Assembly (NCBI RefSeq): GCF_032062105.1
Contig: NW_026931074.1
Location: 217,587-281,586, forward strand
Length of the DNA stretch: 64,000 nucleotides
Reading direction: 5' to 3'
DNA from: Saccostrea cucullata
Lineage: Eukaryota
This document shows positions 39,251 through 50,224 of this stretch, piece after piece. The notes under the pieces were generated by a model. It made no database searches. It was not told the origin of the DNA and saw only the letters and a list, made by a program, of their open reading frames with translations. Position 1 is the stretch's first letter, and every line of letters begins with the position of its first letter. The translations under genes were made by a program, and so were the position numbers.

Positions 39251-40785
39251 ACATCCAGGTAGTACACACCAATATTGTAATCCTAATTGTCATACAATAG
39301 TCTTAGTCCTTTGTCAGACACCAGTTCTTGTCCTGTGTCATAAACAAATCATGGTATTTAGCCGCACATTAGATATAACCCTATGTCACACACTAAGGAA
39401 TCGCACACCATTTAAATGTACAGAACATGTAAATTGGTGTGCCATAGGGCTAAGACTAGTTGCCCCTGTCCTCACTTTTAAATACGATGCTATGTCCCTG
39501 GCTAGGATTCAGCCAGAGAGAAAAAAAAGCAATTCAATCTACCGGAAAAAAAGTCAAGAATGAAAAAAAAATCTACTTTTCCTGTGTGTATTTGGAGGGG
39601 TGAGGTGTAGGCTCTTTCAGTACCATAAACTGATTAATTTAATATCCTTGCCCTTTTTTGAACCTTTTCAAAAGTAAAAAGGTTGTGTTTGGAAAACAGT
39701 GGAAAGACCATCCCCCCACCCTCACATTGCTACATGTGCCTAATAGCCCAATTTGTCATGCCAGACTAGACAAGTCATAATATAAAAGCGGGGGTTAGAG
39801 TCAGAGGAATCTCGGATTACATACACCAGTGCCACTTCTATTTGACATAAAAGTAATGGTCATATCCCAATCCTATTCCATATCATCTCATTTAGGTATA
39901 GTCGTACCGAATATTCTATATCATCTTTGCACACAACAATCACACGTTAAACGTGTTGCAGCAAAGGTACATGCCCAGTATTTGGGCCTTTGGGATCTCT
40001 GTGATACATTTGTATTTTCCAACAATAAGATGGCATTCCAGTCCCCATGTTTTCACGTTTGACATGTACATGTTTATGTTGCGGGGGGACCAGCTGTCAA
40101 AATACGGTGCTAGTTGATCATTTTGTCATTCATAGTTTACTTGATAGAACAAAGCTGATTTTTAACACGTACTCAAAACTTAACATTGAAGTAGATAAAT
40201 AGACCTTAGTTAATAGATGTAGAGTGGGGGATTTCTTTTTGATAATTTTAGACATGTTTTTGAATAATGAATGTATCCTGAAATAGATTTCCCCTTGAAT
40301 ATTGTTGTTAGATATTAGTCAATACTGAAGGCAGCATTTGTGATTTACATTCTATCTATAAGATGCTTACTTTATTTAAACTCACTTGCTACATTTTTAT
40401 TTTAAAAAATGATGAACATAAAAAAATAATCTGCTTTAATATAACCAAACGAGTTCTTCCCCTTAATATTTCTATAAGTCCTAAAAAGTGATAAAAAGGC
40501 TTAGATCTTTATGACTGTAAAGGGAAATGTAATGACCGTAAAAAGTGTGCATGTTGAAAATCAGATTTAAAAAAACAACAGTTCTTCTGCATAATTCACA
40601 ACCAAAATAAATGCAACTAGTCCTCATTGTAACGGGGACCGTTACAGATGTTCCCCAAACGCTCCCCAACTCCCTTTTGGTGCCAAATTCCCTGTAAGCT
40701 TCATTAAATAAGACAAACTTTATGCATTTGAGACTTTAACAAAGTTTACCCAGAAGGGTACCAAGTTCATTCAAATTTTAGCATT

Positions 40786-41700
40786 GCACGCGTGCGCATG
40801 TGAATGCATGTGCATAATGACCATATCGTCTTGTCTATACAATCTATATATTTTAATATACTAAATATTAAAGTATTTAATCCAAAAGCATTAAAAAATA
40901 CGCTCATTCAGGTGTTTTTTTGATTTTACTCATTACATGTGCACGCACGTACATACATGAGCATGGTGACCATACCTTCTTGTAGAAGTCTATTACATCT
41001 ATCTGTGTTCTAAATCCCACTCCGTTTGGTAACCAAGGGAGTTATAACTGTTTAAAGTTTCAGCCAATCAGATTGCAGTGCACGTGTATGGATGTGCATG
41101 GTGACAAAACCTTCTTGCAGAAGTCCATTATATCTATCTATGTTCCAAATCCCATCCTGTTTGGTTGAAAACCAAGGGAGTTATAGCTATTTAAAGTTTC
41201 AACCAATCAGATTGCAGCGCACGTACACGCACGTGTACGGATGTGCATGGCGACCATACCTTCTTGTAGAAGTTTATTATATCTATCTATGCTCAAAATC
41301 CCATCCTGTTTGGTTGAAAACCAAGGGAGTTATAACTATTAAAAGTTTAAGCCAATCAGATTGCAGCGCACGTGCATGCACGTGTTTTCATGATAATTGT
41401 TATATATGATGTTGTAGGATATCCTAATGCATGGCTATGTTCAAAATTTCAAAGGATTTCATCAAAAAACAAGAAAGATATTGAGACTTTGGTTTCAGCC
41501 AATTAGAGCGAAGCGCACGTGCATGCGCGTGAGATCTTGCTAATTTGACCATGTCATGTTGTCTATGCAACTAATATATCCTTATATTATGAGTTTCAAA
41601 GCATTTCATCAAAAAGGTAAAAAGTTACGCCTATATCAATTAAATCGGTCATTTCACGTGTTGCACGTGCACACTCTTGCAAGCACGTGCGCGCAAAATG
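40786..41700. repeat. Tandem satellite of ~142-bp units (3 well-conserved copies at 40936-41380 plus degenerate flanking copies) rich in CACGTG and CCAAT motifs
   Basis: The unit ...gcacgtRYRYgcaYgtg...catggYgaccataccttcttgtagaagtYtattaYatctatctRtgYtcMaaatcccaYcctgtttggttgaaaaccaagggagttataRctRtttaaagtttcaRccaatcagattgcagYgcacgt is repeated head-to-tail. Further decayed copies at 41490-41530 and 41640-41700 retain gccaat..gcgcacgtgcatgcgcgtg. Confidence 0.8.
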
Positions 41701-42260
41701 ACCTTCGTTCCGCAAATCTACATAACATGCCTACTGACCCTAAAAAGGTTTTACCTAAGTCGGATGTGTAGTTTACAAGATCACTCCCGGACAAATAAGT
41801 ACCCAGGAAGAAGAAGAAAAATAATAATAATAATAAGAAACAGAGTAAAAACACAAGGTACAGTGAGCACTGAGCTCACAAAATAATACCCCTGATCCGA
41901 TGTGAGTTGTAGTAACAGAGAGATAGCAATGTATTTGTTTTCATAGTACCGGAAATCCAAATATCTGTCGATTGAAACGAAAATAGGACGTACACAATAG
42001 AACAATGTTGTAAAGATTTTGTGGAAGTCTCATTCATGAAATTCAATTGAGTGTTTTAGGGGTAGTGATGGATAAGCACATGTTATAGATAACCCCAAGT
42101 GTTACAAACATTATACATGTACAATTATGGCTAAACATATTTTATTTTTGTGTTTGAAACAAGTATCCTTACACATTAAAATAAAAAAAAATTCTTGTTG
42201 CAAAGTAAATTCCTATGCCCGTAAGACTGCTGGGTTTTGTATATTTTCAGATACCAACAC

Positions 42261-42803
42261 ATGATGCGAAGCAGTCAAAAATTCGTTCCCCCGACACGTC
42301 CTAGCACTCTGCGTCCAGTGAATCCTGTTGTTGAAGAGTCCACCAGAACTCCTAAATGTCGGCGCCTGTACAGCGACCCAGCAGAGAGTATCTTCAGCAG
42401 TACTCCAGTGCTCACTATCCTCACAGATACAAACAACGTCAGAAGCCCGGACGTCAACAATAAGAACAACGAGGATGTGCCCTCCAATGCTGTTCTCGTC
42501 AGAAGAAAACGGAAGACTTTTTCGGAGAAAGAAAATCAAACGACAGTAGTAACACCAGAACAAGAAGTAGCCCGAACTTTGTCAGCAAGTCCGGTGTTAC
42601 CCCAAAGACCCCAGGCAGACTTCACTCACAAACAGACAAACAGAGTGTTCAAAAAGAATCACATTACGCCTGACCCCATCCCCGCAGTGCTGGAGCAACT
42701 AAGAGATGTGCCCTCCACTACAAACGACTGTGCGAGTATCTTCAACTTCACTCCGAGCCCTCCTCCAAAACGCAAAACCATAGCTGCATCTGAGAAGAAG
42801 AAG
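42261..42803 (+). CDS. Unknown basic S/T/P-rich low-complexity protein, main coding exon (KEN motif; RRKRK basic cluster)
   Basis: An acceptor atattttcag ends at 42250. The first in-frame ATG is at 42261 (MMRSSQKFVPPTRPSTLRPVNPVVEESTRTPKCRRLYSDP...VLVRRKRKTFSEKENQTTVVTPEQE...PSPPPKRKTIAASEKKK). The donor AAG|GTGGGT is at 42804. The ORF 42237..42821 is open throughout. The composition suggests an intrinsically disordered nuclear protein. I could not recognise a family. Confidence 0.5.
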
Positions 42804-43022
42804 GTGGGTGGCTTTTCTTGAAAACGTATTGCATTTTCCCCCAAGGATAACAACGCCTGCTCAGGTAAGTGTCGTACTTCGAAGAGATTTTCCCCTTATA
42901 TATAAAAAAAAATGCATTGCATTTTTGAATGAAATGAAATGAATATAATTACATGTATTTATCGTCAATATAACACATGCAGTTGAATAAAATTAAATGA
43001 ATTACGGTTATTTATCTGTTCA

Positions 43023-43024
<2 letters not shown>

Positions 43025-43114
<90 letters not shown>
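43025..43114. repeat. (AT)45 microsatellite
   Basis: An uninterrupted atat... run is read directly, inside the putative intron after the 42261-42803 exon. Confidence 0.95.
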
Positions 43115-43117
<3 letters not shown>

Positions 43118-43500
43118 ACACCAATGAAAATAACCCTTGTTCATTTTAATTCATTGCTATTTATTCAAGACCTACAAAATGTTGAATTCAGCGAAAAAAT
43201 ATGTAGATGTAATTGGATATGTAGCAACAACATACCCTTATAAAATTAGATACTTATGTAAGCAAATATTTATTTATTGGCACGATGTTTATGTAAATCG
43301 GATAAAAAAAGGGAAGAAATTGTTAAAATTATATTTAATACCCTTACACAAACGGATGGACAGATAAACCGATGACATTTTCCGTCGCACTTCGAAATTA
43401 AATGATTTCCCTAATGACTCCTAATATTTACTCATCATTTACATTTTACGAATATAATTTTGCATTGTAGATTTACTTAGATGTTCTGTTAACTATATAC

Positions 43501-43549
43501 AAGATGAAGAATCAATTACAAGTTCTAAGAGAACGCCGAGAAAACATAG
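43501..43549 (+). CDS. Speculative small exon of the 42261 gene (MKNQLQVLRERRENIA)
   Basis: AG|ATG at 43499-43503 with a weak pyrimidine tract. A perfect GTAAGT donor lies at 43550. The phase would be compatible with the upstream exon ending on a codon boundary. This is weakly supported. Confidence 0.2.
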
Positions 43550-43908
43550 CAAGTAAGTATGCCCTCAATGCATTATTCCTGAAAAGAAATCTTTATTTTA
43601 AATATAACACCAGGTAAACACTAGGAAAACTGAATTTCAATCCATTCGAGCTAAGTTATATTGTTCTAGTTACAGTCTATATTAATTTTTGCCAGCGATA
43701 ATTGTCTATATTCATATTATGAAAGGTTTCTATAGTCTGTAGGGGTTAGCGATAATTCACATCCTTGTTGACAATGATTTTAAATTGACGAACCTGCGCA
43801 GTATTAGAATCTACGGGAATAAAGGTGCGATGTTTGTCCGTCGCATTAATTTTTTTTTCATTATAAATACGTCGCTAATTTGTGTCCTAATTTTTCTTGT
43901 TGGAACAG

Positions 43909-43949
43909 GGAAAACGAAGAAAACCCATGAGATATGCGAAGAAGAGTGA
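43909..43949 (+). CDS. Speculative terminal exon of the 42261 gene (..RKTKKTHEICEEE, stop at 43947-43949)
   Basis: An acceptor tttttcttgttggaacag ends at 43908. It is in frame with the 43501-43549 exon, giving a total CDS of 633 nt, and ends at TGA. This is weakly supported. Confidence 0.2.
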
Positions 43950-46900
43950 GGACAGGGTTATGTGATAAATCGTAAATATTTACAATTTTACATGTAGATA
44001 TGGAATTCATGTGACCTCATTCGGGGCGACAGCGTCATAAAACTCACAACAGCTTGTAATACGAAAAAGTAACAATATTACAATGTGTTCTTTTTGTTTC
44101 ACGTGCTTATTTTTTATATGCGTAAAAAAGAATAAAAATGGAAAGTGTTTCCCCTAACAAACTAAGATGGAAACTGATGACTATTCAAAAGTACTATTAT
44201 TTCTGGGATTTGATTAGTCAGCAGGGTGACATACAGAAATAAGCGAAAACAAATGTAAAAAAAAGAAGTAGATATTAATTTTTTTAGGTAAAAACTAAAT
44301 GTCAGCTATATTTTTGAATCTGAGAAAAGAATTGATAACGACAATTTCTGAAACTTAACAAAAACGGGAAACGGCATCTAAAATCGAAATATATCCTGGT
44401 AAATAAACTAGATATGATAGACTAGGAATTCATATATTTTGGGTAAAATTGTCATGTCTAATAAAAATTCTTCGAAGGAAGGTGGAAAGTGGTGGTGGGG
44501 CATCATATTCTTTCGTCAGGTACTGATGCAGGGACGAAACAACAGGGGGTGCTTTTTCCCCCAAAATTACCTTTACTATAGTAAATGTTCATTGAAAGGA
44601 TGGTTAGCCCCCCGCTTTTTATCATAGTATAATGATATCAAGGAATTGTAGGAAAAAATTGGAAGTGAAAGTAACTTGGCATTGAAAAAGTTGGCCACTA
44701 CACCCCCCCACCCCACCCCCGCCCCGAAATAGGATTTTCGAGTTTGGGCAAATTTTTTTTTTTTTTTTTGCTTGTCAACTTTTTCAGGTAAGTTAAAAAA
44801 AAATTTCTCTGGTTGGCCCCCCACTTTCAAAAACGATGCTACGTGCCTGTGATGCATTCTGTCATATTTGCAGTATGCTTATAACCGGTGTTTATCATAG
44901 AAGCATAAGATTTTTTTTTTATCCCTTACTATATCAAATACTAGAGGTACTGTGAGTACTGTCTGATCTCACTAAATGATACCCCCTCCTCCCATATCAT
45001 AATGACGAAGTCCATGTTTTTAGCTCTGGGAGACCCGAAATAAGTGTTAGATCGAAAAAAAGGAAGTGCACAATGTCATTATGTAATAAACATCTGTGAG
45101 AGTATCAATAAATTTTATTTAGTGGTTTTATTCAGAGGAGTTTCGAATAAGAGATGGATGCCCTTCAATATAAAAGATAGAATGACAGTGTCCATATTTT
45201 GTTATTGAAACCTAAAATATATATCAAATCAAAAAGTAAAATAGGAGGTGCACAATGACACTATATGGCAAAGATTCTGTCTCATTATGTATCATTCAGT
45301 GGTATAAGAGGAGTTGCGGAGAAGAGATGGGTACCCCAAAGCGTAACAGACTGACGGACATCCCGATCACTGTATACCCTCCCACTTTTCAAGCGTGGGG
45401 AGTGGGGGTTATATTAGACAGCGAAATAAAAACAATATTGTGTTCGTGCAGATATTTTGTCTTACATCGTATCTAGGGGGTGAAAACGGGAACAATTTTA
45501 GAGGGAAAAAATTGTAAAGGAGCAACAACAAACAGACGGAAGAACTCACTTACAACTACATGAATAAAAAAAAATTAAAATATTATTTTTTCCTTAATTG
45601 CGCAGAAAAAAATTACCATGCATGTTGTCACAGTTGACCTTACAGACACCCTAACTAGTTAATAGATATTCAGCTTTTGTGAAATGACTTTAAAAAAAAA
45701 ATCAAGAAAATGTTTTTATTTCTCTGCACAGTGTTGCCATGGTTAAGAAAATTTGATACTTTATGAAATTTCTTCAAAATTTTACTCCACCTCTAGTTTT
45801 GGTCCAATTTCACTCGTATATAATGTTTTACATAAGGATATGGACTCAAAGTTTATATGGATGTCCTCCCCAAAGCAAGCTACTCCTTTATGGTTAATGT
45901 GTAGGTTACGAAGTTTCAAATAATCTCAACCTTGAGCCTTGAGAAGTCACCCTCCTTTATCTTAATGTCTCTTCCTCGCACTATATTTACGGTTTAGATT
46001 GAAGATGTCAATATTAAGTCAAGGAATGTTCCTTTTGAGTTTGGAAATGACAGACTTGTGACTTGACTTTTGCCCCTAAAAGACACCAGGCGTTTTCCGT
46101 CTACTATACAGTAAATATGAAGTCTAAAACTAAATGATTGTCAAGGTTAATGTTTGATAGTTCATCATCGTCGCAAACCACGGCCAAAATGTACGATTCT
46201 CTCCCATTCAGGGAAGAGCGCGGACTCTGAACCGTGGCTTGAGACGAAGGATGTTCTTATGTTAGTATTTGTATTTTACTTAACTTGCCTCATATTCTAC
46301 TGATATAGCGATATTTCTAACCACGAATCATGGCATTTATGCAACAATTTAGAAACAAAAGTTTTGATCGCCTAAGGTCGAGCATATTCTATCTGAGTAG
46401 ATTACATGAAATCTTTTAAATCATTGTGACACAGTGACAACAGGAAATCATTAGTGTGAGGTAACTGACTTATCTGTCCCTATAGTTCCACACCCAGAAA
46501 TTAAAGATTCTCGCTATTAGGCCATGTTTAAATTAATGTTTGTTTGCCATCTCCCGACTCAGGGTAAAATTATTGGGTAGGTAGCATTTTTTTCCCAGTA
46601 AATTTCAACGTACCTGTAAATTTCAACATATTTGTTGATGGGGAAAGAGGAAAAAAAAGTGTCCTGGAAGGTAGAAACAAAAATTGTTTTAATGGTATAC
46701 TAAGTACTATAGTCTACATATTCCAAAGTTATATTGCTTGAATGCTATTACTTAGTATAAAAATTACTTTTACATGTATATCAATTTAATAATTCATACT
46801 TGGAACTTCTAGAGCAAAAGCATACTTTGGGTTTGGGGTTTTCAACAACAGAGAATTATGGACTTTTTCCATCACAAACTTTTTAAAACACCACTTGTTA

Positions 46901-46975
46901 TAAGATTATAATTCCAAATTAACCGTCGATTTTCCCGAACTGACATTTGCCAACAAAGATATTGTACTTTCGAAG

Positions 46976-47235
46976 TGTCGCCCACGTGGCGCAGTGGGTA
47001 GGGCGTCTGCTCTAGAGTCGCGAAGTAAGGAGTCTATCCTTACATCGCGGGTTCGAATATCACTGTGAGACGTGAAGACCCGTCCTTCGGATGAGACCGT
47101 ATAAACCGAGGACCCGTGTCGCATTAGGCACTGGCACGAAAAAGATCCCTCGCTGCTCAATGACCCTGATTGCCGAGCATAGGACAAAATTTGTAGCTCT
47201 TCACCGACAAATGGTGGCGTCTCCATATGAGTGAA
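46976..47235 (+). mobile_element. tRNA-derived SINE-like sequence (pol III A box TGGCGCAGTGG and B box GGTTCGAAT), immediately 5' of the LINE
   Basis: gcccacgtggcgcagtgggtagggcgtctgctctagagtcgcgaag...cgcgggttcgaatatcactg carries consensus A and B boxes. It lacks a 3' acceptor-stem complement, so it is not a functional tRNA. A second, truncated copy with about 75% identity over about 60 bp lies at 59993-60055 (gcctgcatggcacagtggttctagcgtttgctctagaatcgaggagtataaagg). Confidence 0.45.
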
Positions 47236-47329
47236 AAATTCTCGAGAGGAACATTAAACAACAAACAATCAATCAATCGAAGTTTTCACATCACTGACTA
47301 GATCCCTTGTGACATTCAAACAAACATTC

Positions 47330-50215
47330 ACCATCAACACTGGAATGTGCAAATAATGTATAGAGGAGGAGATTCAGCACAGATTGCGAGAGAAGTGGGA
47401 ATCAATGAGTGCAGAAAACCACCGGAGCTATTAAGATAAGACTGGCCTCGGGCCAGACCGTCATGTACATTGGGGATGAAGAACTACTTAAGGAAGGATT
47501 TGTCATAATGATCAACCAACGGGCTATAAAATCACTCATGGAATGGACACACATCAGCAAGAGAACAATGGCAGCACGATCCTATTCAAGATACAGGAGA
47601 TTGTCGGTGATCCAAGCATATGCACCACATAATCAAAAGAAAGAAGAGGAGAAAAACCAATTCTTTCAGGAGTAACAAGCGACCTTGGATGAATGTAATA
47701 CGGACAACATCATTATTATCATGGGGGACTCATGGCCAAGATAGGGAGTGGCAATAATGGATATGAAAGAACTATAGGTATCCAAGGACTGGGAACACAG
47801 AACGAGAATGGAGAAATACTGTGTGAATTTAGTCGGACCAAACGGACTTGTAATCATAGGAACACTGTTCCCCCATAAAGACGTACACAAAGCAACTTGG
47901 GTGTCTGCTACTGGAACATTGAAAACCCAGATTGACATCTTCTCATTAGTGGACAGTGGAGATCTTCTGTTCTTGACATCAAGGTTCAGAGGGGAGCGGA
48001 TGCCGACAGCGACCACTAGCTGGTGAAGACCCGAATCAGGATACGGCTCACCACACAAGTATAAGAACAAGTTGAAACCAAGATTGGATGTAGAACGCCT
48101 CAAAAACAACAAAGTAAAAACAATGACTTTGCGAGAAAGAAATTAGAATAGCACAGGGAAAAGACGGATGATATCGAGGAAATGTGGAAAATCAGAAGAT
48201 GGCATATGTGAATTCAGCAGAGAAAGTACTTGGCTACAAACATTAGATCAACGAAAACACCTTGAAGTTGATAGATGAAAGAAAAGACATCAAGAAAAAG
48301 ATAGAGAGCAAAAGATCAGAAAGAGTCAAGACTAGGTTGAATGAAAATTACAAGGAGAGAGACAAAGTCGTCAAGAAAAGCGATAGAGGACAAGAGGAGA
48401 TGGATGGGAGAGAAGGCTGAGCGAGCACATAAAGCAGCCGAGAACAGGAGGTAGAAGGAACTGTACAGCATATTAAAGCAGCTGACAAGAAAGAGTAGTA
48501 AGGAAACAGCAGCGATGAAGAGCAAAGAGGGGGAGCTGCTGAAAATAAAGAAACGAGGCTTGCCAGATGGAGGGAACATTCTGAGGAAGTGCTCATCATG
48601 GACACGCCAGAATCCCCACCACAAGATGAACATGAGGAGGGAGAATAGCTAGACTTCTCGGTTGAGCCACCCACCACACAGGAAATAAGGACTACACTGA
48701 AGACACTTCGGAATGGAAAGGCCCCTGGAGCAGATCAAATAACTGCAGAAAAGTTAAAGGCAGACCTTGATAGGAGTAGCCAAGAATTGAAGCACACCTT
48801 TGACCAGATACGGAAAGAGGAAAAGGTGCCCAAAGAATGAACCAGAGGACTGATCTGTAAAATTCACAAAAGAGGCAACAGGACTGCAGCAAGTGGAAGG
48901 GAGTCACATTGCCCGTAGCCAGCAAAGCACTCATAAGGATCATCATCAAGATAATACAGGCTGGAGTTGACCACACCCTTAGCAAAGAGCAGGCACGGTT
49001 TCAGAAAGGGAGAGGGACTTTTAATCAGATTTTCTTCCTCAGGAACATACTGAAGCAAGACAATGAGTAGAATGCTACACTGTACATCCATTTTGTGGAC
49101 TTTGAGAAAGCTTTCGACTCGGTGCACAGAGACAGCATTTCGGTCATCATGAAGAAATATGGTATACCCATAAACTGATTACGATGGTCAAAGCCCTGTA
49201 TGACAAGTTTGTTCTGTGATTGATGACAACGAGACCAACTACTCCTTTCCTGTGATGACTGGTGTCAAACAAGGATGCTGAATGTCAGGGTTCTTCTTCC
49301 GCCTAGTGATAGACTGGGTGATGCAACAGACTGTCAGAGAAAAGAGAACAGGAATAAGACTTTCACCACTATGCTTGAAAACCTTGACTTTGCTGACGAC
49401 ATTGCCCTACTGTCATCAGCAATGAACTATCTTACGTCAAAGACAACAAAACTGGAAGAAAAATCCGTAAAAGTTGGGTTGAGGCTGAATGCCAAGAAGT
49501 GCAAAGTGATGAAGATAAATAGCAAGAGTAAAATCAGCCTGATAGTCGGAAACGGGGAAGCCGACGAGGCGAACAACTTCACTTACCTCGGTGCCAATCG
49601 ACCGATGATCGGTCGATGTCTGTTGCCCACCACTCAACCCCCCGATGACCTCAGATTCAACGGACACTTGACGATGCTCGGCCATACATCGGCCAATCCT
49701 TGAAAGATGTGTTAATGACGGGTTGCCAACGATTAGTTAAATGGCCTCAGTAACCGTCCTATTACTAAAGGAGTCCAGCCGGCAACCACACCATTTTTAT
49801 CAAAAAACGCATCGGTTTCTAATCGTTTACCCCATTGCTGGATAATGTGACTGATGCTTTACCAAGACAGAGGAAAAGAAGATCATTCAGTCCAAGTGCC
49901 TCAGAAGGATTCTAAAGGTCAGATGGCAGCAGCATATCCCAAACAAGACATCTCTGGAAATGGCAGAAGCAGAAAACATTAGTTGCGAGGTGGGCAGGAG
50001 GAGATGGAATTGGATCGGCCATGTGCTTAGAAAGGATCACACGGATGACTGCGTTGTGACCCTCGGTTGGACGCCTGAGGGGAGAAGAAACGAGGGCAAT
50101 ATGACGGTAGATGGTGCAGGCTGGAACACGGGACGCCGTGCAGCCTCAGACCGGCCTCAGTGGAAAGGAGATATCCAGGCCTTGTGTGCCTCCTGGCACG
50201 GAGAGAATTAAGGTA
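47330..50215 (+). mobile_element. Degenerate RTE-clade non-LTR retrotransposon (APE endonuclease plus reverse transcriptase), frameshifted and interrupted
   Basis: The endonuclease motifs appear in ORFs 47409..47675 (..RRLSVIQAYAPHNQKKEEEKNQFFQE) and 47808..48026 (..KDVHKATWVSATGTLKTQIDIFSLVD..). RT motifs in three frames over 48700-49560 include NGKAPGADQITAEKLKAD, FVDFEKAFDSVHRDSI, NLDFADDIALLS and KCKVMKI. The C-terminal ORF 49960..50211 (EVGRRRWNWIGHVLRKDHTDDCVVTLGWTPEGRRNEG...RPQWKGDIQALCASWHGEN*) is characteristic of RTE-type elements. Multiple stops and frameshifts indicate a dead copy. Confidence 0.75.
49588..49862 (-). mobile_element. Nested insertion of a ~275-bp CCGATG/CGATCG-rich non-autonomous element (antisense) inside the LINE RT region
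   Basis: This segment interrupts the RT reading frame between the FADD motif (about 49380) and the RTE C-terminal motif (49960). Its reverse complement matches the sequence that follows the LINE stop codon (50225-50470), which starts atcagtcacattatSCARCaatgggg... Additional copies lie at 50475-50575, 51290-51385 and 51500-51850. Confidence 0.5.
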
Positions 50216-50224
50216 AAGTAAATT

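Noticed and set aside
39165-39563. 132-aa + strand ORF (MQFPIGLHVGESLRMRYMRN...)
   Set aside because: It begins inside a dispersed repeat also found at 46168-46260 and spans a partially palindromic segment. There is no domain signal or splice context.
42213-42563. 116-aa minus-strand ORF overlapping the 42261-42803 exon
   Set aside because: It is antisense to a well-delimited + strand exon with proper acceptor and donor sites. It has no start context of its own.
46976-47070. Genuine tRNA gene
   Set aside because: A and B boxes are present, but no 3' sequence complementary to the 5' acceptor arm (gcccacg) and no CCA-proximal structure could be found. The segment between the boxes is too long for a tRNA. 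A SINE head is more likely.
47666-48677. Minus-strand ORFs 47666..48112, 48316..48633 and 48348..48677 (105-148 aa, S/L-rich)
   Set aside because: They are antisense to the LINE endonuclease and RT region. They are low-complexity, without motifs, and are typical antisense artefacts of retroelement ORFs.
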